A DNA stretch of 64,000 nt from contig NZ_JAWLDW010000004.1 of assembly GCF_041686455.1 (NCBI RefSeq), positions 64 to 64,063 on the forward strand. Reading direction: 5' to 3'. Shown here one piece after another: positions 1 to 9,454 of this stretch (positions are counted from its first letter, which is position 1; each line of letters starts with the position of its first letter). The notes beneath the pieces are model-generated. The model saw only the letters and a program-made list of their open reading frames with translations. It did not search any database and was not told the origin of the DNA. The DNA is from Rhodohalobacter sp. (GTDB lineage Bacteria; Bacteroidota; Rhodothermia; Balneolales; Balneolaceae). Position numbers and translations under genes: made by a program.

Positions 1-282
1 GGCTATGAAAGTCCGCAGCTTGACTATATAGAGGATTATACTGAACATAACTACGATTTTACTGCCATTGAATGTACTCTTTACAACGACCGATTTGTGT
101 ATGATTTTAAGGCGATCCAACTCAAATGGCTTCGAAAATTTTTGATTTCATTTTTTTCTTTGGTTCCCGGTAAGGGCGACTATATGAAAGTGACTCCCTA
201 CTGCCTGCACTTCGGATGGCATCACCAAAAACAGCCTTTTTATGACTTTGCCGATCGGGTTTGGGAAGAGTTAACAGAGTAG
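1..282 (+). CDS. 3' end of a CDS truncated by the window edge, function unknown
   Basis: Frame 1 is open from base 1 (GYESPQLDYIEDY...) to TAG at 280-282; no recognisable motif. Confidence 0.55.
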   Translation, partial: GYESPQLDYIEDYTEHNYDFTAIECTLYNDRFVYDFKAIQLKWLRKFLISFFSLVPGKGDYMKVTPYCLHFGWHHQKQPFYDFADRVWEELTE

Positions 283-293
283 GCCGTATCAAT

Positions 294-1292
294 TTATAAT
301 TGAATTTCAGACTTTCCTTTTTTACCGGTAATTGTGAGAATCAGATACAGGCTAAAATTCAACACTTTACCAAGCACATCATGGACAAGGAAAATACCGG
401 TTACGGGAGCTACGGGCACCTGTAAGATTTTTGCGATTTCAATATTGGTTCCGGTAGCTACAAGATCCTGGCTCGGAATGATTGGGATCCGGCTGATAAT
501 GATATTTACGCTCAAAAATGTAAACCAAATCTCAAGGCTGATTTCCGGAAGGACAATATGCCACTGCAGAATTTGAGCGGCGTAAAGAACGATCATTCTG
601 ATTGAATGTATGGAGAAAATCTTTATTGAAGTTGTAGCCGGCATGCTGAAGAGATATTTTCTGAATCGGGCTATAACAGCTGCCAGAATAATCGCAATGA
701 TACCAACAATCAGATAGTCCAAAAGTGTGGTGCCTGCCAGTAAGTCGCGCTGAATCAGTCTGTCTAAAGCCTTGATTTGACCGGTTAGGAAAAGAATCCC
801 CAATAACCCGAATGCAATAATTGTGGATGCGGCAGATGAGATGATATTCATATCCCGCACATCTTTAAAGATCTGTTTTTTTGACTTTTCAGTGTGAATA
901 GAAGCCCACTGCATCAGTACGATCTCACCGGAATACCCCATCACATCTTTATTGAAAATTCTCTTTTTGATAAAAATATTCAGACTTTTCCAGTAGGGAA
1001 TGTTCCAGGTAATTTTATACGCCAGGGTTTCCGAAAATGGAAGCAGAAAGTAGATAAAGAGAAAAAGAACGTAAAACCAGGGTGTAGTGGGAAGAGAATT
1101 GATAATATTGCCCCAGCCAATTCCTGTAAGCTGAACGGCAATGATGGCAATAATTAGTACCTGTGCTGCATAAGACAGGTATTTGAAAAACGTTTTACCA
1201 TGCGGTGACTGCCTGAATTCCTTGAATTTTTTCTGAAATGATTGAAATCCGATTTTTAGTGACTCTAACATATCTTGAAATTTTTCGCTCAA
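294..1292 (-). CDS. multi-pass membrane protein, possibly LPG-synthase TM/flippase-like (UPF0104)
   Basis: 332 aa with about 8 hydrophobic segments; TTG start overlaps the TGA of the upstream GT2 gene by 4 nt. Confidence 0.55.
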   Translation of the reverse strand: MSEKFQDMLESLKIGFQSFQKKFKEFRQSPHGKTFFKYLSYAAQVLIIAIIAVQLTGIGWGNIINSLPTTPWFYVLFLFIYFLLPFSETLAYKITWNIPYWKSLNIFIKKRIFNKDVMGYSGEIVLMQWASIHTEKSKKQIFKDVRDMNIISSAASTIIAFGLLGILFLTGQIKALDRLIQRDLLAGTTLLDYLIVGIIAIILAAVIARFRKYLFSMPATTSIKIFSIHSIRMIVLYAAQILQWHIVLPEISLEIWFTFLSVNIIISRIPIIPSQDLVATGTNIEIAKILQVPVAPVTGIFLVHDVLGKVLNFSLYLILTITGKKGKSEIQL

Positions 1293-2068
1293 AGAATACC
1301 GAGCTTTCTAGAGTCTCTTATGAACATTTCAAACGATTCCTGTTCCACCCGGGATAGTTTAAATTTAGGATGTCCCAGCAGATCTCCCTTAATTTTTGCG
1401 TACCACATAAACTGAATCCAGTTTTTGGGTGAATTCTTTAATCTGCGCAAAAAGTGTTTTTTCCCGGATACGTTGCTCCCATGGAAAACCCGTACAAAAA
1501 GGTATGCATAGCTGAGATCGAGCATTTTATATCTGCCTTGCCCAATCCATTGGTTTAGATAAACGGTATCCTCACCGCGTCGCATCGACGGATAGCGGAT
1601 TTGATCGTTTCGCCTGTGCATTATGGAGCTTGGTGAGCCATCAGGAAGCCGGCCGATATATGGATGGTCGATTAGATCCGGAGAGTCGATATGAAAAATA
1701 TTTCCTTCGAGGCAGCATGCATCAAAACCGGAACGGAGTGTCTGGAGCTGAATTTCAATTCTTTTGGGATGGAACCAGTCATCATCATCCCAGCAGATCA
1801 TATAGTCGCCAGTCGCATTTTCTAATGAGATATTCCGAAGTTCACCCAGAATATTATTGGGAGAAGGCTTAATGAAGGTATAGTTGACCTGCTCTTCAGG
1901 AAAAAGATCCAACAGCTCTTCAACTTTTTCTTCACCGTTGTCAACTACCACAACTTCAATATTTTTGTGTGTTTGGTTTTTCAAAGAAAGAAGCGAGCGC
2001 CTCAATAACTTTTTCCGATTTGCTGTTACAATCAGGCAACTGACTTTATCATCCTCTGTTGGTGGCAT
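1289..2068 (-). CDS. glycosyltransferase family 2
   Basis: VSCLIVT..R, VVVVDNG, WDDDD (DxD) motif followed by HPKRIE.Q. Confidence 0.9.
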   Translation of the reverse strand: MPPTEDDKVSCLIVTANRKKLLRRSLLSLKNQTHKNIEVVVVDNGEEKVEELLDLFPEEQVNYTFIKPSPNNILGELRNISLENATGDYMICWDDDDWFHPKRIEIQLQTLRSGFDACCLEGNIFHIDSPDLIDHPYIGRLPDGSPSSIMHRRNDQIRYPSMRRGEDTVYLNQWIGQGRYKMLDLSYAYLFVRVFHGSNVSGKKHFLRRLKNSPKNWIQFMWYAKIKGDLLGHPKFKLSRVEQESFEMFIRDSRKLGIL

Positions 2069-2154
2069 TTGAATTGGTTAAATAAGTTAAAAAAAAAGGT
2101 CTTGTTGTGTCGAATAGTACCAATAATTTTTGAGAAACGGGCAGTGCTCAAAAG

Positions 2155-2913
2155 CTAGAAGCTGTGGTGTTCAGAGTGAACTACCTTTAGGGAACCGGGT
2201 TGATATGTTTTCTCGATAAAGGTTGTATCTCCATCCGGGTTGGCAAAAAGAAGTGTTGAGCAGCGAGTTCCATAGTCGTCTGAGAGAATAAATATAGAAG
2301 AGACCATTCGTTCTCTTTCTAGAGGAAGTCCTGTAGAGGGCAGCTTGTGATCAGGAAAAGTTTTTGTACTGCGAAGGAGTTCGAATAGCGATTCTTCCTG
2401 AAGTTTGTTGTCTTCAACCAGCGTTTTGAAATCAGATAGTGCCTTTTCGGTTTTGGGCCATTTTGTGCTTAAAAAAGCATTGCTTAATGAGTAATATCCG
2501 GGTTCTAATGCCCGAAGCTCGAGATGTTGATTGTTGAAATAGTAAAGGTTGTCGGTAGTACCAAATAATAGATTGAACCCGTTATAAGCTGTAGCCTTAG
2601 GCTTTATTGACTGAAAAAACTCAACAGGTCCGATATCGGAATTCAAAAAATCTGTGACAAGATACCCTCTGCTGGGGGCATTTTCTTTAAGACTTGTGAT
2701 ATCCCGGTAGTTCGTCAATGCCGCGAACCGTTGATTTTTAGTAATACCCAACCATGTACCTCCGGCTTTTAAATCTTTACCGGCCAGCAGATCCGGATGA
2801 TTTTCCCAAAATTGAGCAGGACGCGTTGGCCGTTCATAAAACTCATCTCTGTTGGTTGCCAACAAGAGAGGGTACTCTTTATGAACATGATATGCAAAAA
2901 CGGTTAGACACAT
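2155..2913 (-). CDS. NRDE/TANGO2 family protein
   Basis: N-terminal MCL, NRDEFYERP, GGTWLG, SRG.LV, YGTRCST. Confidence 0.92.
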   Translation of the reverse strand: MCLTVFAYHVHKEYPLLLATNRDEFYERPTRPAQFWENHPDLLAGKDLKAGGTWLGITKNQRFAALTNYRDITSLKENAPSRGYLVTDFLNSDIGPVEFFQSIKPKATAYNGFNLLFGTTDNLYYFNNQHLELRALEPGYYSLSNAFLSTKWPKTEKALSDFKTLVEDNKLQEESLFELLRSTKTFPDHKLPSTGLPLERERMVSSIFILSDDYGTRCSTLLFANPDGDTTFIEKTYQPGSLKVVHSEHHSF

Positions 2914-3033
2914 AAAAACAGGTGATTTAACTTTTTTAATAACACAAAAAATTTTGAAACTTTGTTTCTTAAATTCCGATGTAAATTAATGGATCTCCAT
3001 ATTTAATCAATAACTTCTTAACCTGCTTTAAAT

Positions 3034-5601
3034 TTGTATCCCGATACAACAAAAAGAGATATTGTACTACTGACAGCCGGTATTCTAGCCGCGCTGACTT
3101 TTTTCTGGTTGTATGGAATTCAGCATCCTTTAAGTAAAGCGGATACTTCTTTGGGTGAGGAGAGGGCTTCAACCCACGCTCAGGAGATTCTTCAATCCCT
3201 GGGATATCAGGCAGGAGTGGAGCCAAATACATTATTTCGCGTACAAACTTCGTTACTGGATTCTCTGCAGTATCAAACTGATTTTCAGGATTTCTACTCA
3301 GATGAACAGAAAAGGAATAAGTTTCCGGTTTTTTTCTGGCGGTCTGAATTTTTGGTAGAGAAGGTAGATACGGATGATTTTTCCATGGGACCTGGAAATT
3401 TCAGAAGTATAGAAGTGGATCTCAATGAGAATGGTGAGTTGCGATCACTGAATAACTCAGATAACCTAATTCCTGAAAACTTTTTTCATACAGAAGTGCT
3501 CTCTTACGCATTAGATATTGAGCATCCGGAAATACCTGCTGAATCGGTTGACAGCACACTGTTCGACAGAATACAGTTTCAGTTTTCGTCGGCTCAAACT
3601 GTGCTGAACCCAGAAGAAGAACACGGTGGTCTAACCCAGATGGGTACAGATGTGGCGGAAAAAATGGCGAATTATCATTTAAAGAATACCGGTTGGCCGA
3701 TAACCGATCTTCAGTTAAGGCAAGTCGAAAGAGTCACCTTAGAATTAACAGATGCCGCAAAGGTTGTCTATTCGATCGAAGATGATGTCATCAATCAAAC
3801 AATTGATCTGAGCGTTACCGTTCTGCCTACGGGAGCTCTCCTATCGCTAAACAATAGCTTACGATCAGATGAAGCTGCCGGTACTTCATGGGATACTATA
3901 ATCTCGGGTATCAGGGGTGCAGTATTACTATTGCTGGTTTTCTGGATTCTTATTCTGTTTATAATCCGCTTCAGAATGAGATTGATTGACACAAAAGCCG
4001 CAATATTGGTTGCCGTCTTAGCCGGATTTATTTTTCCGTTGGTAATGCTGTCGCAATTGACTTTTGAGCATTTCAATAATTCGGGGAGTATCGATTTTAA
4101 TTTCATCTCAATGGTCATGATTTCGGCGGGTGTGACCGCAGCTTTTACATCCCTGATTTACTTCCTTGTTACAGCCATATCAGACTCTATAACCCGTCAA
4201 AACTGGGTTGAAAAGCTACAGACGATTGATCTGCTTAGAATAGGGCATTTTTTCAACAAACCGGTTGGCCTCTCTTTTATCAGAGGTATTGCCTACTCGT
4301 TTATTTTAGCGGGTATATGGGCATTAGCCTATTCTATTATGCCAAACGGTTACCTTACAGCCGAACCGGTCTTTTTTTCTGACGATAGATACTTGGCTAA
4401 TATTGTATTAATGCTGACAAACATAGCCGTTTTCTTTCTGGTAGCTCAGTTAATTTTTCTAGTATTCTTGGGCAAGATGAAAAAGATTGCAGATTCTTCT
4501 GTAACTCTTGTTTTACTTGTTGGGCTGATATTTGGAATTATGAACCCTCTTGCCGCAAGCGTGGGTCCGTTTTACGTGGAGTTTGTACTGTTAGCTATCG
4601 TTGGATTAGTTTTGGGCTGGATTTATATTCGCGATGATTTCCTAACAGTATTTATTACTCTGTTCTTTTTTGCCAATCATCTAGCTACGGCCCCGGGTTG
4701 GGTGATATCGCAATCACCTGACGCCATCCTTTTCTTTACGAATATCTTGCTTGCGCTTGTGGGCCTGGTTTATGGAGGATATTCTTTAAGCACCGGAAAG
4801 ACTGAAAAGGAACTTCCCAATTTTGTGCCTGAATATGTTGATGAGCTAGCTCAGAGTGAACGGATAAAACAAGAACTTCAGATTGCGCGTAAAGTTCAGC
4901 AGTCATTTTTACCCATCAGTACACCGAATTTTGAAGGTCTGGATATTTCTGCAGTATGTAAGCCGGCTTATGAAACCGGAGGAGATTACTACGATTTTAT
5001 CTCTCTGAAAGATGATCAGCTTGGTGTAACAATTGGTGATGTAAGCGGAAAAGGAATACAGGCTGCTTTTTTTATGACCTTTATAAAAGGTGTGATTCAT
5101 GCCGTTTGTGAAAACTTTGAATCTACTGTAACGGTTTTGGCCAGGGCCAATAAGTTGTTTAAAAAGAATGCCGGCAAAGGGATTTTTATTTCTCTTATAT
5201 TTGGTGTAGTGGATGTGAAAAGGGATCGATTTACCTTTTCGAGAGCAGGGCACAATCCACTTCTTTTCTTTAAAAGCAAGGAAAAGAAACTGTACACCTA
5301 CACGCCCGAAGGTATCGGTTTAGGAATAACTGAGGATAAAATCTTCAGGGAAAACATTTCTGAACTGTCGTTAGACTTTCAGCAAAACGATATTATAATA
5401 TTGTACACTGATGGTGTTGTTGAGGCAACCAATAATGTAAATCGATTTTATGGCGATAACAGGCTTAAAAAACTTATCGAAACCTACCAGGAATCAAATG
5501 CAGATACTCTTTTGAATAAAATAGTTGAAGACCTTTACACGTTTGGAGATGGTACCAATCAACACGATGATATGACTCTTGTAGTCATCAAAAAGAAGTA
5601 A
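3034..5601 (+). CDS. membrane-anchored PP2C/SpoIIE (RsbU-like) phosphatase
   Basis: C-terminal ELQIARKVQ, GGDYYD, GDVSGKG, RAGHNP, YTDGVVEA, DDMTL; large periplasmic and multi-TM N-terminus. Confidence 0.9.
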   Translation: MYPDTTKRDIVLLTAGILAALTFFWLYGIQHPLSKADTSLGEERASTHAQEILQSLGYQAGVEPNTLFRVQTSLLDSLQYQTDFQDFYSDEQKRNKFPVFFWRSEFLVEKVDTDDFSMGPGNFRSIEVDLNENGELRSLNNSDNLIPENFFHTEVLSYALDIEHPEIPAESVDSTLFDRIQFQFSSAQTVLNPEEEHGGLTQMGTDVAEKMANYHLKNTGWPITDLQLRQVERVTLELTDAAKVVYSIEDDVINQTIDLSVTVLPTGALLSLNNSLRSDEAAGTSWDTIISGIRGAVLLLLVFWILILFIIRFRMRLIDTKAAILVAVLAGFIFPLVMLSQLTFEHFNNSGSIDFNFISMVMISAGVTAAFTSLIYFLVTAISDSITRQNWVEKLQTIDLLRIGHFFNKPVGLSFIRGIAYSFILAGIWALAYSIMPNGYLTAEPVFFSDDRYLANIVLMLTNIAVFFLVAQLIFLVFLGKMKKIADSSVTLVLLVGLIFGIMNPLAASVGPFYVEFVLLAIVGLVLGWIYIRDDFLTVFITLFFFANHLATAPGWVISQSPDAILFFTNILLALVGLVYGGYSLSTGKTEKELPNFVPEYVDELAQSERIKQELQIARKVQQSFLPISTPNFEGLDISAVCKPAYETGGDYYDFISLKDDQLGVTIGDVSGKGIQAAFFMTFIKGVIHAVCENFESTVTVLARANKLFKKNAGKGIFISLIFGVVDVKRDRFTFSRAGHNPLLFFKSKEKKLYTYTPEGIGLGITEDKIFRENISELSLDFQQNDIIILYTDGVVEATNNVNRFYGDNRLKKLIETYQESNADTLLNKIVEDLYTFGDGTNQHDDMTLVVIKKK

Positions 5602-5621
5602 AATCACTCAGATCAATTTAC

Positions 5622-6128
5622 ATGAAGAATTTCTTACACATACTAATTGCCTTAACTTTTTTAATGATTGTGTTACTCTTTTCTTCCCGGCAATCAGTGG
5701 CTCAGGATGTTGAAATTACCCCTGAACCTATCAGTCTCGAGGAGGCTCTGAAACTCGCACCTGAATCCGATAAAAAAATTCTGGTTGATGTTTATGCCGA
5801 ATGGTGTCCTTACTGCCAGAGAATGCATTCAGAAGTGTACAAGAATGATGATGTAATCAAGGCGATTTCTGATCACTACATATGGGTCAAAATCAATGTG
5901 GAGTCGGATCAAATGGTAAGCTATCATGGAAATGAAATGACCGAAGCGCAGTTTGCCCGTGCACTTGAAAATGAGAGCGTTCCGACAACCTATTTTCTGA
6001 ATAAGGAAGGCAGCATTCTTGGTTCTCAGCCCGGTTTTATCGAAGCGGAGATGTTTTCCAGTCTTCTAAAGTTTGTTGGCAGCGATGAATACCTTATGCA
6101 GACCTTTCAGGAGTATCAAAATAATTAG
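5622..6128 (+). CDS. exported thioredoxin-like protein (SoxW-like)
   Basis: Signal peptide followed by WCPYC (CxxC) and a VPT cis-Pro motif. Confidence 0.85.
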   Translation: MKNFLHILIALTFLMIVLLFSSRQSVAQDVEITPEPISLEEALKLAPESDKKILVDVYAEWCPYCQRMHSEVYKNDDVIKAISDHYIWVKINVESDQMVSYHGNEMTEAQFARALENESVPTTYFLNKEGSILGSQPGFIEAEMFSSLLKFVGSDEYLMQTFQEYQNN

Positions 6129-6158
6129 TCCTACGTATCAGTAATTTAATTTTTGTTC

Positions 6159-6824
6159 ATGTCCAGAAGTCAATCCGTTGAAGATTATTTAAAAGCTATC
6201 TATAAGCTCGAAAATGAGTCAGAGGGTGGAGTCTCTAACTCGAGACTTTCTGAGGAGATGAATGTAGCCGGTGCATCCGTGACCAATATGGTGAAGAGAT
6301 TGTCTAAAATGGGGCTGGTGAACTACGAATCCTACTATGGCTCCAGATTAACCGATGCGGGAGAAAAAATTGCTCTTGAAATTATTCGTCATCATCGATT
6401 GATTGAACTTTATTTAACAGAGATGATGGGTTACTCCTGGGATGAAGTGCATGAGGAGGCTGAAAAGCTGGAGCACCATATATCAGAACAATTTGAAGAT
6501 CGAATTGCGGAACTGCTCAATAACCCACAGTTTGACCCTCACGGAGACCCAATACCCGGAAAAGATGGGAAGATGCCCAAAGTTCACCTTTTTTCATTGA
6601 TGGAGATTAAAGAAAAGACTTCATGTGTAATCAGAAGGGTAAAAAATCAGGATCCGGACCTTCTTCGTTACCTGGAAGAAAGAAATCTGATACCGGGCGT
6701 AAAGATTGAGATTATTAAGAGAGAACCTTTTGATGGCCCTGTTCATATATCTGTTGAAGGAGAGAATGAAGTGGTGATCGGTGCTAATGTAGCATCAGAT
6801 ATCTTTGTGGTAAACCGTGCGTAG
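6159..6824 (+). CDS. DtxR/MntR family metal-dependent repressor with FeoA-like C-terminal domain
   Basis: EDYLKAIY, RHHRLIELYL, EAEKLEH, PQFDPHGDPIP. Confidence 0.92.
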   Translation: MSRSQSVEDYLKAIYKLENESEGGVSNSRLSEEMNVAGASVTNMVKRLSKMGLVNYESYYGSRLTDAGEKIALEIIRHHRLIELYLTEMMGYSWDEVHEEAEKLEHHISEQFEDRIAELLNNPQFDPHGDPIPGKDGKMPKVHLFSLMEIKEKTSCVIRRVKNQDPDLLRYLEERNLIPGVKIEIIKREPFDGPVHISVEGENEVVIGANVASDIFVVNRA

Positions 6825-6828
6825 TCCG

Positions 6829-7656
6829 TTATGGAGTGTGATCCATCGGATTTGGATATGAAAAGGTGTATTCTAATTCCTTTTTTAACTTATCGTTTGA
6901 AACGACTCTATAGTCCGCTTTTTCTTGACTGGTGAATTCAGGTTCCGGTAAATTGAAATGTTGAGCAGCTGATTTGTAAAACTCTTTTCTGGGAGGATGC
7001 CCATCGGAAACGGCGTTATAAATTTCGTTCTTTTTATCCAGCCTGATAATTTCTGAAACTATATTCAAACAGTCCGTTTGATGGATAAGGTTTACAGGTT
7101 TTGCTGCATCCGAAAGCCCTTTCTTTCCGGCAAGATATTTTACCGGGTGCCTGCCATATCCATACAATCCGCCAAACCTGATAATTGTAACATCCAGTCC
7201 TGATTTTTTGAGAATATCTTCAGCTTTTAAGACTGCTTCTCCCGAAGGCCGGGCAGCATTACCGGGCTCTGCGTCTTCCTCTTTAGTGATTCCTCCAAAC
7301 GGACTATAAACGGATGTTGAGCTCGCAAAGATGATCCACTTGATATGTTCTCTTTCTGCCTTATCAGCAACTTTTTGAATAAGCTTCGGGTAATCTTTCT
7401 CAACATCTTTGATGCCGCGACCGGGAGGTATATTCAGAAATAAGATATCTGCAGACCAAAAACTTTTTGATTCCTCATCCTCAAGCTGTTTGGGTAACTC
7501 AATCAAATGAGCCTGAATACCGGTTTGTTTGATCTCTTTTAGTTTTTTTACGGATGTGGTTGAACCCTTCACGGTAAAACCCTTTCTCAATAAATTTTGG
7601 GCCAATGGAAATCCAAGCCATCCACACCCTAGTACTGAAATAGTCATGGTAGTCAT
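6829..7656 (-). CDS. NAD(P)-dependent epimerase/dehydratase-type SDR (YeeZ-like)
   Basis: GCGWLG Rossmann motif, SSTSVY, RFGGLYG, VNLIH. Confidence 0.88.
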   Translation of the reverse strand: MTTMTISVLGCGWLGFPLAQNLLRKGFTVKGSTTSVKKLKEIKQTGIQAHLIELPKQLEDEESKSFWSADILFLNIPPGRGIKDVEKDYPKLIQKVADKAEREHIKWIIFASSTSVYSPFGGITKEEDAEPGNAARPSGEAVLKAEDILKKSGLDVTIIRFGGLYGYGRHPVKYLAGKKGLSDAAKPVNLIHQTDCLNIVSEIIRLDKKNEIYNAVSDGHPPRKEFYKSAAQHFNLPEPEFTSQEKADYRVVSNDKLKKELEYTFSYPNPMDHTP

Positions 7657-7879
7657 TATTTAAATGGGTTTGGAATGTAAACACAACAGGGCAGAATTGA
7701 AAAGGTGATTAAACAAAAAAGAGTCTATAACGAAAGAAGCATTTGTTTTCGTTTTACAACAGATCTGCAAAATTTAAATGTATCACCTTTCTGACTTCTC
7801 AGAATTCTATTAATATCTGCTTAACTTAATTTTTGTAGATTTGACTTCTTATGTAGCTGGTTTCACCTGTATTATCACT

Positions 7880-7887
7880 TATCTTTG
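7880..7887 (+). promoter_or_regulatory. Bacteroidota-type -7 promoter box (TATCTTTG) upstream of hemG
   Basis: Exact TAnnTTTG. Similar boxes precede other genes here (TATATTTG before 15759; TATCTTTA before 40426 and 56264). Confidence 0.4.
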
Positions 7888-8086
7888 CGTTGCACTCTAA
7901 AAGAGTGATGTGAACCACGATAAAATTATCAATCGTATTACAGGAGTAATTCTTTTTTAGCCGTTTCTTTCAATCAATTACAATTAAGCTGAATTGGAGA
8001 AATAGACAGGAAGTAATTTTATTTTCAGCTTAGGTATTGAATAGAATGGATCTATTCATGAATGAAAATCTAGTTTTTAAAAATAG

Positions 8087-9454
8087 ATGTATATGTCAAA
8101 AAAAATTAACCGAGTAGCCATTGTCGGAGCCGGTATTACAGGTTTGGTTACAGCATGGAAACTCCAGAAATTTAGTGTGGAAGTTGATGTTTTGGAGCGA
8201 AAGGCGGAACCTGGCGGTGCAATTAAAACGGTTAAAGAGGACAATTGGCAGGTTGAATACGGCCCCAATACACTACTCCTAAAAGATAGAATGGTAGCCG
8301 AATTCATTTCAGAACTTGGTTTGAACGGTGAGAAAAAAACTGCTAACCCTGAGGCGAGCAAGAGGTTTGTGGTAAAAAACGGTGTATTGGAACCTCTGCC
8401 GTCCTCTTTAAAATCAGCCGTAACAACTCCCCTATTTAGTTTAGGAGGGAAATTACGAGTGCTGGCAGAACCATTTGTACCTAAAAATAGTGATCGCGAT
8501 CAGACAGTGGCAGAATTTGTGGAGAGGCGATTGGGCAAGGAGATGCTGGATTACGCTATTAATCCATTTGTTGCCGGGATATATGCCAATCGTCCGGAAT
8601 ATTTATCTCTTCGACACGCATTCCCGATGATGGATGACCTTGAACAAGAGTACGGTTCACTGATTTGGGGTACTTTTGCCGGATCAAAAAAGAGAAAGGA
8701 GAAGGGTAGAATAGATAGGGAATTAATCTCCTTTGAAAAAGGAATGCAGCAACTTCCCTTAACTATTGCGGAGCAGCTCAACAGTATGTACCTGAATCAC
8801 GAAGTTCGGTCGGTTACCGAAGAGGATGGAGAATGGTCGGTAGAAAGCAGTTTGGGGAAATTTGGGCCATATGATCACGTTATTTTAAATACCCCGATTT
8901 ATAAGTTGAATCAAGAAATCGCGCCCGTTACGGATCAAGAACTGAAAACTTTGAAAAAGGTGAACTATCCGCCTCTATCTGTTTTGCTTTTAGGTTTTAA
9001 AAAGGAGGATGTTAAACACGAACTTGATGGCTTTGGGTTTTTGGTTCCCGAACAGGAGAACAGAAACATTCTGGGAGCCCTGTTCTCTTCCACTCTTTTT
9101 GATGAGCGTGCTCCTAAGGATATGCATTTAATAACCGTATTTGTAGGTGGTGGCCGTCAGCCAGAATTAGCCGGGAAGGATAGTGAAGAGTTACTGAAGC
9201 TGGTTGTAAAGGAGCTTAATGATTTGATAGGCCTGTCGGGAGAACCGCAATTTAAAGACCATGTCTACTGGCCACAATCAATTCCGGGATATCATGAAGG
9301 CTACGATGAAATTCTGGATACTATCAAAAATATTGAAGATCGAAAGAGAGGCCTTACGTTAGCCGGTAATTTCAGGAATGGAATATCTGTACCGGATTGT
9401 ATAAAGAATGGGTTGAAGTTGGCGGACCAGCTGGCCGGAAGCGTAAGTTACTGA
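8087..9454 (+). CDS. hemG: protoporphyrinogen/coproporphyrinogen oxidase (HemY/HemG type)
   Basis: GAGITGL FAD motif, EYGPNT, PFVAGIYA, GFGFLVP, IPGY..G, G.SVPDCI..G. Confidence 0.92.
   Translation: MYMSKKINRVAIVGAGITGLVTAWKLQKFSVEVDVLERKAEPGGAIKTVKEDNWQVEYGPNTLLLKDRMVAEFISELGLNGEKKTANPEASKRFVVKNGVLEPLPSSLKSAVTTPLFSLGGKLRVLAEPFVPKNSDRDQTVAEFVERRLGKEMLDYAINPFVAGIYANRPEYLSLRHAFPMMDDLEQEYGSLIWGTFAGSKKRKEKGRIDRELISFEKGMQQLPLTIAEQLNSMYLNHEVRSVTEEDGEWSVESSLGKFGPYDHVILNTPIYKLNQEIAPVTDQELKTLKKVNYPPLSVLLLGFKKEDVKHELDGFGFLVPEQENRNILGALFSSTLFDERAPKDMHLITVFVGGGRQPELAGKDSEELLKLVVKELNDLIGLSGEPQFKDHVYWPQSIPGYHEGYDEILDTIKNIEDRKRGLTLAGNFRNGISVPDCIKNGLKLADQLAGSVSY

Noticed and set aside
7985-8032. c-di-AMP (ydaO) riboswitch, suggested by GCTGAAT...TCAGCT
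   Set aside because: The span is only about 48 nt and the conserved internal stems of the aptamer are absent.
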